From positions 61,497 to 125,496 of the forward strand of contig JBJTQH010000133.1 of the NCBI GenBank assembly GCA_046075505.1: 64,000 bases of DNA, read 5' to 3'. This stretch comes from Cyanobium sp. (lineage in GTDB: Bacteria; Cyanobacteriota; Cyanobacteriia; PCC-6307; Cyanobiaceae). The notes beneath the pieces were generated by a model. It was not told the origin of the DNA and did not search any database. It was given only the letters and a program-made list of their open reading frames with translations. Positions 1-9,997 of the stretch are shown here, piece after piece (position 1 is the first letter of the stretch; each line of letters begins with the position of its first letter). The position numbers and the translations under genes were made by a program.

Positions 1-66
1 CTGGCCGCCCTGGAACGGGAGCTGGGCCAGCTGCTCGATCAGGCGCGGGACCGGCTGGCCGGCTGA
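1..66 (+). CDS. 3' end of an unidentified CDS entering the window (..LAALERELGQLLDQARDRLAG*)
   Basis: Frame 1 is open from nt 1 to TGA at 64-66 and GC3 is high. It is too short to assign a family. Confidence 0.3.
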   Translation: MAALERELGQLLDQARDRLAG

Positions 67-135
67 GACCGCGACCGCGCCGCCCGCTCACCGACAGCAG
101 GGCAGCGCGTCAGAGAGCGATCTCAGAGGCAGGCA

Positions 136-636
136 TCAGAACGGGATGTCGTCATCGCCGACCAGATCGTCACTGGGCACCAGCGGTGCGCTGTTCCAGA
201 CGGGGGGCGGTGGTGGTGGTGCCATGCGCTGAGCTTGGGGCTCGGCGCTGGCCCGGGCCGGGGCGGCGGCCGCGACAGCCGGGGTGGCGGGCGCCGCCGC
301 TGCCGAAGCGCCTAGGGGATGGAGCCGGGCCAGGGTCAGCTCCGCCTTCTTCTCGCGCACCCCATCGGGCCGGGCGACGCTGTTGATCCGCATGCGACCC
401 TCCAGCACCAATCGCTGGCCGCTCTGCACCCGGTTCTGCAGATCCTGGGCCAGATTGCCCCAGCCCACCACCTTCAACTGGCCCGGCGGATCATCGGGCC
501 GCAGACCGTCGACCTTGACCAGCATCTCGGCGATCGGCGTCTGGTTGTCCTGGGTGTACCGGATCTGGGGAGCCTCGATCACCTCGACTTCCAGCAGGCA
601 GTGGTTCACGCCCCGACGTTCACAGTGGCCCTCCAT
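136..636 (-). CDS. ssb: single-stranded DNA-binding protein
   Basis: OB-fold region NHCLLEVEVIEAPQIRYTQDNQTPIAEMLVKV..VVGWGNLAQDL, Pro/Ala-rich linker and acidic tail DDDIPF. ATG at 636 chosen inside the 136..1035 ORF; GTG at 609 is an alternative. Confidence 0.9.
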   Translation of the reverse strand: MEGHCERRGVNHCLLEVEVIEAPQIRYTQDNQTPIAEMLVKVDGLRPDDPPGQLKVVGWGNLAQDLQNRVQSGQRLVLEGRMRINSVARPDGVREKKAELTLARLHPLGASAAAAPATPAVAAAAPARASAEPQAQRMAPPPPPPVWNSAPLVPSDDLVGDDDIPF

Positions 637-740
637 CCTGAAGCACGCCGGCCCCCCGGGCCAGGGGATGCTGACCGAGCAACCCCACCACCGCCGGCAT
701 CCGCCTGACGCCATCTGACGGCCACCATCCCCCAGCCACC

Positions 741-1586
741 ATGGTTTCCCTCCCCTCACCGGGCGGCACAGCCCCAGGGCCGATCCAGCCGATCCCGTTG
801 AGGCCGCGGCTCTGGCTGATCGCCGGCACCGGTGAGGGGCCGCCTCTGGCCCGCCGGCTGCTGCAGCGGGGCTGGCGGCTGCGGGTGAGCGTGGTGACAG
901 CGGCCGCGGCCCAGGCCTATGGGGAGCATCCCGCTCTGCAGATCCGCATCGGTGCCCTCGGCCGCAGCACAGGCGATGACGGCAGCACCGCCCTGCAAGA
1001 CACCCTGGAGGCAGCCTGCCGCCAGCACGACCCATTCCACTGGGTGGTGGATGCCAGCCATCCGTTCGCCGTGCGGATCAGCGCGGCCCTGGCCCGGGTC
1101 TGCCAGGCCCGGCAACAGCCCCTGCTGCGGCTGCAGCGCCCCCTGCTGCCCAGCGGCCGGGCCCGACTGCTGAGCAGCATCGGCGAGCTGGGCTACTGCT
1201 GCCGTCCCGGCGAGGCACTGTTGCTGGCGATCGGAGCCCGTCACCTGGGTGAAGCGATCGCCGCCTGTCCCCAGGCGCGCCACCACGGCCGGGTTCTGCC
1301 CTACCCGACGGCCCTGCGGCAGGCCCTGGCGGCCGGTCTGAGGGGCGATCGGCTCGCCTGTCTGCGGCCCGGCACCATGGCGGAACCGATCGAAGCGGCC
1401 CTGTGCCGGCGCTGGGGCATCGAGACCGTGCTCACCCGCCAGTCGGGCGGCGAGAGCGAGGCCCGCTGGCACCGCCACTGCCAGGCCCTGAATCTGCGCC
1501 TGCTGCTGTTGCGCCGGCCTGAGGAACCACCGGGGGTGACCCTGCTGCCGATGGATGCCCTGCTCGATCAGCTCGGCACCCCCTGA
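741..1586 (+). CDS. cobK: precorrin-6A reductase
   Basis: N-terminal LWLIAGTGEGPPLARRLL and the overall CobK/CbiJ pattern. The start may be the in-frame TTG at 798. Confidence 0.8.
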   Translation: MVSLPSPGGTAPGPIQPIPLRPRLWLIAGTGEGPPLARRLLQRGWRLRVSVVTAAAAQAYGEHPALQIRIGALGRSTGDDGSTALQDTLEAACRQHDPFHWVVDASHPFAVRISAALARVCQARQQPLLRLQRPLLPSGRARLLSSIGELGYCCRPGEALLLAIGARHLGEAIAACPQARHHGRVLPYPTALRQALAAGLRGDRLACLRPGTMAEPIEAALCRRWGIETVLTRQSGGESEARWHRHCQALNLRLLLLRRPEEPPGVTLLPMDALLDQLGTP

Positions 1587-1645
1587 AGCGACGCCAGGCG
1601 GTGCTCCGGCGCCAGCTCTCCCTGTTCCCTCCGGCGGGTGGACGT

Positions 1646-2668
1646 TCAGCCCAGGTGGCGGGCCACCAGGTCGCTCAGGCATACCTGCGGGCGAGGCCCC
1701 AGCTGGGTGACCACCTGCCCGGCGCAGAGGGAACCGAGCCGGCCGCAGCGCTCCAGGCTCTCGCCGCGGGTGTAGGCGTGCAGGAAACCGGCGGCATAAA
1801 GATCGCCGGCACCGGTGGTGTCCACCAGCTCCCCGAGCCGCACCGGAGCGACCGGGATCGTCTGCTCACCGCTGAGCACCAGGGAGCCCTTCTCACTGCG
1901 GGTGAGGGCGGCGATGCGGCAGCGGCCGCGCACCTGCTCCACCGCCTGCTCGAAACTGCCCGCCTCATAGAGCGAGGTGATCTCCAGCTCGTTGGCGAAC
2001 AGCAGGTCCACGTGGCCATCGACCAGCTCCTGAAAGCTGCTGCGGTGCCGATCGACGCAGAAGGCATCGGAGAGCGACAGGGCCACCTGGCCGCCATGGC
2101 GGCGGGCCACTGCGGCGGCGGCCAGAAAGGCCGCCTTGGCCTCTTCGCTGTCCCAGAGGTAGCCCTCCAGGTAGAGCACGCGAGCGCGGGCCACCAGATC
2201 GAGATCAAGGTCGGCCGGATCGAGGGTGACCGAGGCGCCCAGATAGGTGCACATCGTGCGCTGGGCATCGGGGGTGACCAGGATCAGGCAGCGGGCGGTG
2301 GAGGGGCCGCTGCGCACCGGCGGGGTCGTGAAGGTCGCCCCCACGGCCCGGATGTCGTGGCTGAAGATCGCGCCGAGCTGGTCATCGCGGACCCGGCCGA
2401 TGAATGCTGCCTGCCCCCCCAGCTGGGCGATGCCGGCCAGGGTGTTGGCGGCCGAGCCACCGGAGGTCTCCAGACCGGGCCCGACGGCGGCGTAGAGCCG
2501 CTCCGCCTGCTGCTCATCCACCAGGGCCATGGTGCCCTTGACCAGTCCATGGGCCTCCAGGAAGGCGTCATCGGCCTGCACGAGCACATCAACGATGGCG
2601 TTGCCGATGCCGACGACATCGAAGGCCTTGCTGTCAGGGGTGCGGTCAGAAGTGCTGTCTGGGGTCAT
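1646..2668 (-). CDS. PfkB-family sugar/nucleoside kinase (adenosine kinase-like)
   Basis: FDVVGIGNAIVDVL...GGSAANTLAG...DTTGAGDLYAAGFL motifs. ATG at 2668 (MTPDSTS) chosen within the longer ORF. Confidence 0.85.
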   Translation of the reverse strand: MTPDSTSDRTPDSKAFDVVGIGNAIVDVLVQADDAFLEAHGLVKGTMALVDEQQAERLYAAVGPGLETSGGSAANTLAGIAQLGGQAAFIGRVRDDQLGAIFSHDIRAVGATFTTPPVRSGPSTARCLILVTPDAQRTMCTYLGASVTLDPADLDLDLVARARVLYLEGYLWDSEEAKAAFLAAAAVARRHGGQVALSLSDAFCVDRHRSSFQELVDGHVDLLFANELEITSLYEAGSFEQAVEQVRGRCRIAALTRSEKGSLVLSGEQTIPVAPVRLGELVDTTGAGDLYAAGFLHAYTRGESLERCGRLGSLCAGQVVTQLGPRPQVCLSDLVARHLG

Positions 2669-2891
2669 GGTTCGGCGATGGGGAGGAGAGGGTGGCCGGA
2701 AGCTCAGGGGCCCTTCAGCCGACTCGGGCAGGGATCGCGCAGCCTGACCAGGGAACCGACGCCGTCCTGCGTCCACGTACAGGGCTCCGCCACCACGAGC
2801 GCCGCAGAGGTGCTGCGGCATCCCAGGCTGCTGGGTGCCGCGCACCACAGGCAGAAGGTGCAGGCCCGCCCGGAGGGCATCGGCGCCGGCG

Positions 2892-4205
2892 TCAGACGCT
2901 CAGCAGCGCCCGCTTGGGACCATGAATCGGATCTTCGACCACGATCGTCTGATCGCGCTGGGCACCGAGAGAGACGATCGCGATCGGCACCCCCATCAGC
3001 TCCGCCAGGAAGCGCAGGTAGGAACGGGCGGTGGCGGGAAGATCCTCCAGCTGGCGGCAATCGGCCGTGGAGCACTGCCAGCCGGGCAGGGTTTCGAAGA
3101 TCGGCTGGCAGCGGGCGAAATCCTCGGCGCTGCTGGGGAAGTGCTCGATCCGCTCGCCATCGAGCTCGTAGGCGACGCACACCTGGATGCTGTCGAGTTC
3201 ATCGAGCACATCCAGCTTGGTGATCGCCAGGCAGTCGAGGCCGTTCACCTGCACGGCATAGCGACCGATCACGCCATCGAACCAGCCGCAGCGGCGGCGG
3301 CGACCGGTGGTGGTCCCGAACTCACCGCCACGGTCGCAGAGGTGGTCATTGAGGCTGCCCTCCAGCTCGGTGGGGAAGGGGCCTTCCCCGACACGGGTGG
3401 TGTAGGCCTTGGCCACACCGATCACCCGGTCGATCAGGGTGGGGCCGACGCCGGCGCCGATGCAGGCGCCACCACTGACCGGATTGGAGGAGGTGACGTA
3501 GGGATAGGTGCCGTGGTCGAGATCGAGCAGGGTGCCCTGGGCCCCCTCGAACAGGATGTTCTTGCGGGCGCGGGCCGCCTCGTGGATCGTGCGGGTGCAA
3601 TCGACCACGTGGGGAGCCAGGCGCTGGCCGTACGCGGCATATTCAGCAATCACCGCCTCCGGATCGAGGGGCTCGATGCCGTAGACGCGGCTGAGCAGCA
3701 CGTTCTTCTCGGCCAGAGGAGCCAGCAGCCGATCGCGCAGCCGCTGTTCGCTGAGCAGATCGAGCACGCGGATGCCGTTGCGCTCCGACTTGTCGGCATA
3801 GGTGGGGCCGATGCCGCGACCGGTGGTGCCGATGCGGCGGTCGCCGCGACGCTGCTCCATCGCCTGATCCAGCAGGCGGTGATAGGGCATCGTGACGTGG
3901 GCGGTAGAGGCCACCTTGAGCCCGGAGACATCGATGCCGTAGCCGAGCAGCATGTCGAGCTCGCCCAGCATCACCTTCGGGTCGATGACGGTGCCGGAGC
4001 CGATCAGGCAGGTGGTGTCGGCGTAGAGGATGCCCGAGGGGATCAGATGCAGCTTCAGCACCCGGTCGTTGACCACAATCGTGTGGCCGGCATTGACTCC
4101 GCCCTGATAGCGGACCACGACATCGGCGGAGCGGCTCAGAAGATCGGTGATCTTTCCCTTCCCCTCGTCACCCCATTGCGCACCGATGACGACGACGTTG
4201 GCCAA
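2892..4205 (-). CDS. purA: adenylosuccinate synthetase
   Basis: [24 protein letters not shown]-loop start and full-length PurA pattern (437 aa). Confidence 0.97.
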   Translation of the reverse strand: MANVVVIGAQWGDEGKGKITDLLSRSADVVVRYQGGVNAGHTIVVNDRVLKLHLIPSGILYADTTCLIGSGTVIDPKVMLGELDMLLGYGIDVSGLKVASTAHVTMPYHRLLDQAMEQRRGDRRIGTTGRGIGPTYADKSERNGIRVLDLLSEQRLRDRLLAPLAEKNVLLSRVYGIEPLDPEAVIAEYAAYGQRLAPHVVDCTRTIHEAARARKNILFEGAQGTLLDLDHGTYPYVTSSNPVSGGACIGAGVGPTLIDRVIGVAKAYTTRVGEGPFPTELEGSLNDHLCDRGGEFGTTTGRRRRCGWFDGVIGRYAVQVNGLDCLAITKLDVLDELDSIQVCVAYELDGERIEHFPSSAEDFARCQPIFETLPGWQCSTADCRQLEDLPATARSYLRFLAELMGVPIAIVSLGAQRDQTIVVEDPIHGPKRALLSV

Positions 4206-4314
4206 GGACGCAGCGGCCCGCAGCCGCTTCTGAGCAGACGGCGTGAGCCTCTCAGATCGGGGGGGGTTCCGTCAAAGACCCCCCATGCTCTGCAACGGAC
4301 CCAGAGGTCAGGCC

Positions 4315-4767
4315 TCAGGCGCCGCGGTTGGCGCTGTTCTCGGCCTTGCGCAGCTCCTTCTCCAGGCGGGTGCGCAGGGCATCCGGCAACGGCCGGTTGG
4401 CATAGGCGCTGTAGTGACCGGCGAGGGAATTCAGGGCCGTCTGCATGGTGGTGAACGAGGGCAGGCCGTTCACATCGTTGCGGGGCCGGTAGCGGGCGAT
4501 GTAGTCGTTGATCAGGGCGCGGGCCTCGGTCTCAGCCGCCTGGTGGCCGGGATCGTCCTGGGGGATGGCGATCGTGCTCAGCAGGCTCTGCGCCACCTGC
4601 ACGGTGTCGTCGACGTAGTTGCCGCTGAGCCGGCCGGCGCTGCTGCAGCCACTCAGCACCAGGCTGAGGCAGAGCGCCAGGCAGAGGCAGCTGCTCAGCA
4701 GGGAGCGAAGCAGCCGTGTGCCCGGCAGAGGCGGGCATGGCACGGACCGGCTCAGGGAAGCGGGCAT
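4315..4767 (-). CDS. psb27: photosystem II lipoprotein Psb27
   Basis: Lipobox LSGC after a signal peptide, plus FTTMQTALNSLAGHYSAYANRPLP typical of Psb27. Confidence 0.85.
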   Translation of the reverse strand: MPASLSRSVPCPPLPGTRLLRSLLSSCLCLALCLSLVLSGCSSAGRLSGNYVDDTVQVAQSLLSTIAIPQDDPGHQAAETEARALINDYIARYRPRNDVNGLPSFTTMQTALNSLAGHYSAYANRPLPDALRTRLEKELRKAENSANRGA

Positions 4768-4827
4768 GGAGTTCCTGCGTTTGGCGGATCCTAGGTCGAT
4801 CGTTCCGGACGCTCCCGCCGGCCCGCC

Positions 4828-6684
4828 TCAGCCGATCTCCGCGGCCAGGGCAGCCAGCAGGGCGCCGGCCTCCAGCTCGATGCGCCGACCATCGGCCCGT
4901 CGCACCAGCTCCACCTGGCCCGAGGCGGCACCGCGGCCCACCACCACCCGCCAGGGGATGCCGATCAGATCGACATCCTTGAACTTCACCCCGGCCCGCT
5001 CAGCCCGGTCATCGAGCAGCGTTTCGTGGCCGGCGGCCTGCAACTCCCCGTAGAGCCGCTCCGCCAGCGCCACCTGCTGGGGGTCCTGGGTGTTAGCGAT
5101 CACCACGATCACGGCGTAAGGGGCGATCGCCAGAGGCCAGCGGATGCCGTCGCCATCGTGATGCTGCTCCACCGCCGCCTGGGCCAGCCGGGAGACCCCG
5201 ATGCCGTAACAGCCCATCCAGAGCGGCTCCTCCACCCCCTGCTCATTGGTGAAGCGAGCCTCCAGGGCCTGGGAATACTTGCGGCCGAGCTGAAAGATGT
5301 GGCCCACCTCGATGCCGCGGGCCGCCTCCAGGTGCTGCTTGGGATCGTGGCAGCAGCGATCCCCTGGCTGGGCGGCCCGCAGGTCCACGATCGCCTCGGG
5401 GGACGGAGGGCAGCCCAGTGCGGCCCAGCTGACACCAACCCGATGGCCATCGATCTGATTGGCGCCGCACACAAAGGCCTCCAGGGCGGCAGCGGTGGGA
5501 TCCGTCAGCCGCAGAAAGGCGCTCTGCAGGTGAGGGCCAGCGGCGCGGCCCTGACCGCGGGCGGCAGCAGCATCGATGGGGTCGGGGTCGGGCAGATCGG
5601 GGCCCAGGTAGCCCAGGGGCAGCGCCGCCACATCGAGCGGCAGTCCCTCGCTGCGCACCAGCTCGACCGTGAGCGGATCGACGCCGAGCAGGGCGCCATG
5701 GCTGTCGCCCAGACGCGCGGAGAGGGCATTGGCAAGCTTGACCTCGTTCAGCTCCTGATCACCCCGCAGGCTGACCAGCACCGGCCGGCGCAGGCCATCG
5801 GCGAAACGGGCCAGCAGCAACAGCACCTTCACCACCTGGGTGGGATCGAACCCATGGGCCTGGCAAAGCGTGGTGATCGAGCTCTGGCCGGGGGTGGCCA
5901 GCCACTCGCCCCGGCCGCCCTGGCGCAGGCCACCGGCCAGGGGAACCGCCTCGGCTGGCAGGGACACCGCCCGCTCCTGGTTGGCGGCATAGCGACCATC
6001 GCCGCTGGTGAGGATCAGATCCTCGCCGGCCTCAGCCGTGACCATGAACTCCTGACTGGCGGAACCGCCGATGGCACCGCTGTCGGCTTCCACCGCCACG
6101 GCCCTGAGGCCACAGCGCGCGAAGATGCGGCGATAGGCACCATCCATGGCCACGTAGGTGCGGCGCAGACAATCTTCAGAAGCATGGAAGGAGTAGGCGT
6201 CCTTCATGATGAATTCCCGGCCCCGCATCAACCCGAAGCGCGGGCGGATCTCATCGCGGAATTTGGTCTGAATCTGATAGAGATTCACCGGCAACTGGCG
6301 GTAGGAGCGCAGCAGGTCCCCCGCCAGGGAGGTGATCACCTCTTCGTGGGTGGGCCCCAGGCCCAGCTCCCTGCCCTGCCGATCCTGCAGGTGGAACATG
6401 ATTCCCTCGCCGGCGGTGTAACCGGCCCAGCGACCGCTGCGCTGCCAGAGTTCTGCAGGCTGCAGCTGGGGCAGCAGGGTCTCGAGGGCACCGGTGGCAT
6501 CCAGCTCCTCGCGCACGATGGCGCTGATCTTCTGCAGCACACGCCAGAGCAGGGGCAGATAGGCGTAGATGCCGGACGAGACGCGGCGGATGTAACCCGC
6601 TCGCAGCAACAATCGATGCGAGGCGATCTCCGCTTCGGCCGGGTCGTCCCGCAGCGTCACCAGCAGCAGGCGGGACACGCGCAT
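4828..6684 (-). CDS. proS: prolyl-tRNA synthetase
   Basis: [34 protein letters not shown] start and class II ProRS motifs throughout. ATG at 6684 chosen within ORF 4828..6897. Confidence 0.95.
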   Translation of the reverse strand: MRVSRLLLVTLRDDPAEAEIASHRLLLRAGYIRRVSSGIYAYLPLLWRVLQKISAIVREELDATGALETLLPQLQPAELWQRSGRWAGYTAGEGIMFHLQDRQGRELGLGPTHEEVITSLAGDLLRSYRQLPVNLYQIQTKFRDEIRPRFGLMRGREFIMKDAYSFHASEDCLRRTYVAMDGAYRRIFARCGLRAVAVEADSGAIGGSASQEFMVTAEAGEDLILTSGDGRYAANQERAVSLPAEAVPLAGGLRQGGRGEWLATPGQSSITTLCQAHGFDPTQVVKVLLLLARFADGLRRPVLVSLRGDQELNEVKLANALSARLGDSHGALLGVDPLTVELVRSEGLPLDVAALPLGYLGPDLPDPDPIDAAAARGQGRAAGPHLQSAFLRLTDPTAAALEAFVCGANQIDGHRVGVSWAALGCPPSPEAIVDLRAAQPGDRCCHDPKQHLEAARGIEVGHIFQLGRKYSQALEARFTNEQGVEEPLWMGCYGIGVSRLAQAAVEQHHDGDGIRWPLAIAPYAVIVVIANTQDPQQVALAERLYGELQAAGHETLLDDRAERAGVKFKDVDLIGIPWRVVVGRGAASGQVELVRRADGRRIELEAGALLAALAAEIG

Positions 6685-6819
6685 GGCAGCAAGGGAATGA
6701 GGAATGGCGGACCCTATCACCGCCTCCGGGGCCTTCCCAGCAACTGTCCGGAGCCATCCTCCCTGGCAGCGCACTTCTGCTACTGTCCGCCCACTTCCCG
6801 CTCGTCCCAAGGCTGTCTC

Positions 6820-7308
6820 ATGCTTCCTCCTGCCGCGGCGATCTCCCCTGAAGCGATCGCCTCCATGGCGACGGTCGAATCCTCCGCGGCGGCCCACGAC
6901 GTGCTTCCCACCGAAGGCGTCCCCGAAGCCGACGCCCTGATCGGGATCGAAGAGGTGCAGAAATCACTGAATCGCTCGCGGGCATCTGTGTACCGCTACA
7001 CCAACACCGATCCCCGCAATCTCAATCCTCCCTTCAATCCCCGCAAGCTCAACCCTGAGTACCGCAGCGATCAGAAGGAGCCGCTGATGTTCCACCCCGA
7101 TGAGGTGGCGCGCTTCGCCCGTGATGTGCTGCGCGTCAAGGAGGTCACGGTTGAGGTGCTCAACTCTCCCTCCACCGCCACCCAGCAGCTGCTGACGGCG
7201 ATCCTGGAGGAACTGCGCGCGATCCGCGCCCAGCTCGAGGGGCTGGATGGAGCGCCGGCGGATCTCAGCCTGCACCGCCATCAGAGCCATTCTCGCCCGG
7301 CAGCCTGA
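6820..7308 (+). CDS. helix-turn-helix domain protein (resolvase/MerR-type HTH), conserved hypothetical
   Basis: This is the C-terminal part of ORF 5026..7308; the upstream part is antisense to pro[20 protein letters not shown] looks like an HTH. ATG at 6820, with 6865 as an alternative. Confidence 0.55.
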   Translation: MLPPAAAISPEAIASMATVESSAAAHDVLPTEGVPEADALIGIEEVQKSLNRSRASVYRYTNTDPRNLNPPFNPRKLNPEYRSDQKEPLMFHPDEVARFARDVLRVKEVTVEVLNSPSTATQQLLTAILEELRAIRAQLEGLDGAPADLSLHRHQSHSRPAA

Positions 7309-7322
7309 ACCTGGCCTGACCA

Positions 7323-7341
7323 GAGCTGAGCTGAGCTGAGC
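7323..7341. repeat. (GAGCT)n pentanucleotide microsatellite, ~3.8 units
   Basis: gagctgagctgagctgagc read directly, 15 nt after the stop at 7306-7308. Confidence 0.85.
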
Positions 7342-7790
7342 AGACCATCCCACCCCTTCGCTGGCCAACCGCCCTGGCGGTAGCCACTACCGCCGACTAC
7401 CGGCAAGCCATCATCCGACTCCTGGGCGAAGGGGGCGAAGGGTGATGTCACGATCCAGGCCAGCCTGTGGAACGCCCGGCGATCGGTGAGCCCAGCGACC
7501 GGGCGGAAGGCCCCAGCGATCCGGGGCGGATGTGGAACAGCTGACGATTGCCGCTGGCTGCCACGGGGTAATTCCTATACGATTGATGCAGGACGGTTCA
7601 GCGAATGCTTCCAATCGGGACTTCCCTTCGGGAATCAGTTCCATGGAGTCTGTCTCCAGCCGCAGGGCGAGATGGCACTTGCACATTTCCTGCCTGCCCG
7701 GTTCCACACCGGAGCGGCCGGCTCGACGATCCGCCCCTCCCCCATCGCTCTTCACTGTGAAGCGGTGGTTCGCCCCGGCGACCACCTCCC

Positions 7791-8171
7791 ATGAACCACA
7801 CCACCACACACTCTCTCTCCCCGTCCTGCCCGAACGGCGCCTCCCCCGCCGGTTCGTTGATGCCGCCGCCGGCGGGCAGCGACGAGGAACCTGACAGTCC
7901 GGAGCCACACTCCGACCATCTGAACCGTTCTGTCGCCGCGCAGGTTGCCCAGCCGGAAGACGATTCCCTTGTGGACATCGGCTCGCTGCTCTCGGGAATC
8001 ACCCTCGCTTTCCTGGCCGTGCTGGTGCCCCTGGCGGCCGTCGTGGCCGATCCGGCCCGCCCTGCCCTGCTCTCTCCGGCCTGGAGAACCAACCTGGCGG
8101 GCGATCCCCGTCAGCCGGCGACGCCTCCGCCCCAGGAGCGCCCATCGCTGCTGCGGCAGGTCAGCTGGTGA
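7791..8171 (+). CDS. hypothetical small membrane protein
   Basis: 126-aa ORF with high GC3 and one hydrophobic segment, LLSGITLAFLAVLVPLAAVV. No recognisable family. Confidence 0.35.
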   Translation: MNHTTTHSLSPSCPNGASPAGSLMPPPAGSDEEPDSPEPHSDHLNRSVAAQVAQPEDDSLVDIGSLLSGITLAFLAVLVPLAAVVADPARPALLSPAWRTNLAGDPRQPATPPPQERPSLLRQVSW

Positions 8172-8211
8172 TGGGGCGCGGGCCGACGGCCCCCTAGTCC
8201 TGCTGCAGCCT

Positions 8212-9003
8212 TCAGCCCTGGCGCTGCAACAGAAAACCCTGGAAATCGAGCGCCTGGAACACCGGCGCCGGATCGCTGAATCCAACCGCCGCCGCCAGAG
8301 CCGTCAGGCGGGACAGACCGATGGGATGCAGATGGGGACTGAGGCCGGCCAGCGCTTCTGCAGCCCCCTGCACGCCGCTGGCCCGCTGAAAGGCGCTCCA
8401 GGCCTCCTCCACCTGCGTCTGCAATGGGGATCGCTCCGGCCGCATCAGATCCACCAGCACCAGCTGGCCGCCGGGTCTGAGACTGCGGGCCAGCGAGGAG
8501 AGAAAGGCCAGCTTGCTGCCGTCATCGGCCAGGGACTGCAGCACCAGCACCGACAGCGCCCCATCGAATCCCTCGGGCCGCAGCAGCTCCTCGACGGTGG
8601 TGCGGATCCAGTCGATCGGGGGACTGGACGGCGGTGTGGCCAGTGCCTGCAGGCGCTCCTGGGCGGCCGCCAGCATCGCGGCCGAGGGGTCAATAGCGGT
8701 GAGATGCCAGTCGGGGCGCTGGCTCCTGGCCTCGAGCAGCTCGGCGCCGGTGCCGCAACCGGCCACCAGGACGGCGGCACCGGGAGCTGCGGCCCGCGGC
8801 GAGACGGCCAGCAGGCTGACGGCCAACCGCGCCAGGCTGGCGTAGCCGGGAATCAGCTGCTGAACGATCAGGTCGTAGCCGCCGGGGGCCGTGGCCCCCA
8901 CCGGTGGGGACTGCGCCGCACAGGGACCGTGGGTCGGGTCTTGGCCGCTGGTGGTCACGGGACCGCAGATGGGGAAGCCCATGCTACGGAGACCCGGGGC
9001 CAT
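8212..9003 (-). CDS. class I SAM-dependent methyltransferase
   Basis: Motif I VLVAGCGTGAELL followed by LTAIDPSAAML and LVLVDL. Start uncertain (9003 or 8982). Confidence 0.8.
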   Translation of the reverse strand: MAPGLRSMGFPICGPVTTSGQDPTHGPCAAQSPPVGATAPGGYDLIVQQLIPGYASLARLAVSLLAVSPRAAAPGAAVLVAGCGTGAELLEARSQRPDWHLTAIDPSAAMLAAAQERLQALATPPSSPPIDWIRTTVEELLRPEGFDGALSVLVLQSLADDGSKLAFLSSLARSLRPGGQLVLVDLMRPERSPLQTQVEEAWSAFQRASGVQGAAEALAGLSPHLHPIGLSRLTALAAAVGFSDPAPVFQALDFQGFLLQRQG

Positions 9004-9137
9004 CCCGATCTTGCCCCCATGCCGCGCCGCCGATCACCACCTCCAGCGCGCCGGGCAGGCGGTCACCCAGCAGGCTCCAGCCAGCTGGCGAGATCGATTC
9101 GCTCAGCGGTCCCGCGGAAGGCTGCAGGTGACGTAAG

Positions 9138-9527
9138 TTGGGCGGCGCCCTCCCCCCTGGATCGACCGTGCCCACCATTCGTTTCGAACGTGAAGGCCAG
9201 CAGGTCGGATGCATTGAAGGGGCCAATCTGCGCAAGGCCGCCCTCGATGCGGGCATCAACCCCTACACCGGTCTCAACAACGTCAACAATTGCGGCGGCC
9301 TCGGTCAGTGCGGCACCTGCGTTATCGAAGTGCTCGAAGGCGCCCGCAACCTCTCGCCGCGCAGCGACGTCGAAGAGGTCTACCTGGCCGATCGTCCGGC
9401 CAGCTATCGCCTGAGCTGCCGCACCACCGTCAACGGTGATGTCACCGTCCGCACCCGTCCGTCCGATGGAGTGGGCAAAGGATCGAACAGCCTGCTCGGT
9501 GCGATCAAGTCCCTGGTGGGTCGCTGA
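9138..9527 (+). CDS. 2Fe-2S ferredoxin-like protein
   Basis: CGGLGQCGTCVIEV cluster motif and a later Cys in RLSCRT. The start could be GTG at 9168. Confidence 0.8.
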   Translation: MGGALPPGSTVPTIRFEREGQQVGCIEGANLRKAALDAGINPYTGLNNVNNCGGLGQCGTCVIEVLEGARNLSPRSDVEEVYLADRPASYRLSCRTTVNGDVTVRTRPSDGVGKGSNSLLGAIKSLVGR

Positions 9528-9583
9528 TTCGACAGCGTTCACCTGTCAGCCACAGGCGGCGACGACCGCTTCCCGGGGGGCCG

Positions 9584-9997
9584 ATGTGGCCCCCTTCCTT
9601 GTCTGAACCCATGTCCCCAGCGACCCCATCCACGGCCGCCGGCCTTCGTGTCTACAGCTACGGCGCCTGCAGCACCTGCCGCAAGGCCCTGGCCTGGCTC
9701 AGCCAGCATGGCATCGCCGTCGAGATCCTTGACATCACCACGCAGCCGCCCTCCCGCCAGGAGCTGGAGGCGGCCCTGGCCCAGCTGGGGCGAAAACGTC
9801 TGTTCAACACCAGCGGTCAGAGCTATCGCACCCTCGGGGCGGCTGTGGTGAAGGCTTACAGCGATACCGAGGCCGTGGCGGCCCTGGCGGCCGACGGCCG
9901 TCTGATCAAGCGGCCATTCCTGATCAGCGCCGATGGATCGATGCTCACGGGGTTTCAGCCTCAGGAATGGGAGGCTCTGCTCCTTCCCCAGCCCTGA
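9584..9997 (+). CDS. ArsC/Spx-family protein (YffB-like)
   Basis: VYSYGACSTCRKALAWL..LFNTSGQSYR..IKRPFL pattern of the ArsC/Spx family. Confidence 0.8.
   Translation: MWPPSLSEPMSPATPSTAAGLRVYSYGACSTCRKALAWLSQHGIAVEILDITTQPPSRQELEAALAQLGRKRLFNTSGQSYRTLGAAVVKAYSDTEAVAALAADGRLIKRPFLISADGSMLTGFQPQEWEALLLPQP

Noticed and set aside
1601-4454. Long plus-strand ORFs (1601..3223 of 540 aa, 2835..4454 of 539 aa). Many similar ones occur elsewhere, e.g. 13446..15041, 18006..20360, 23526..24536, 36014..37867 and 40235..41440.
   Set aside because: Each lies antisense to a gene with unmistakable family motifs (pfkB kinase, purA, PGAM, ftsI/tal, potC, futB, COG0523). Their translations are Arg/Gly/Ala/Pro-rich with no motifs. 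This is the usual stop-poor antisense artefact of ~68% GC DNA.
7560-7760. Cobalamin-riboswitch-like fragments on the minus strand (CCGG-TGTGGAA-CCGG hairpin, GTGCCAT, GGGAAGTC, GAACCGTCCTGC).
   Set aside because: The AGGGAA element before the hairpin is missing and the spacing is off. No minus-strand gene lies downstream to regulate, because the next gene is convergent.
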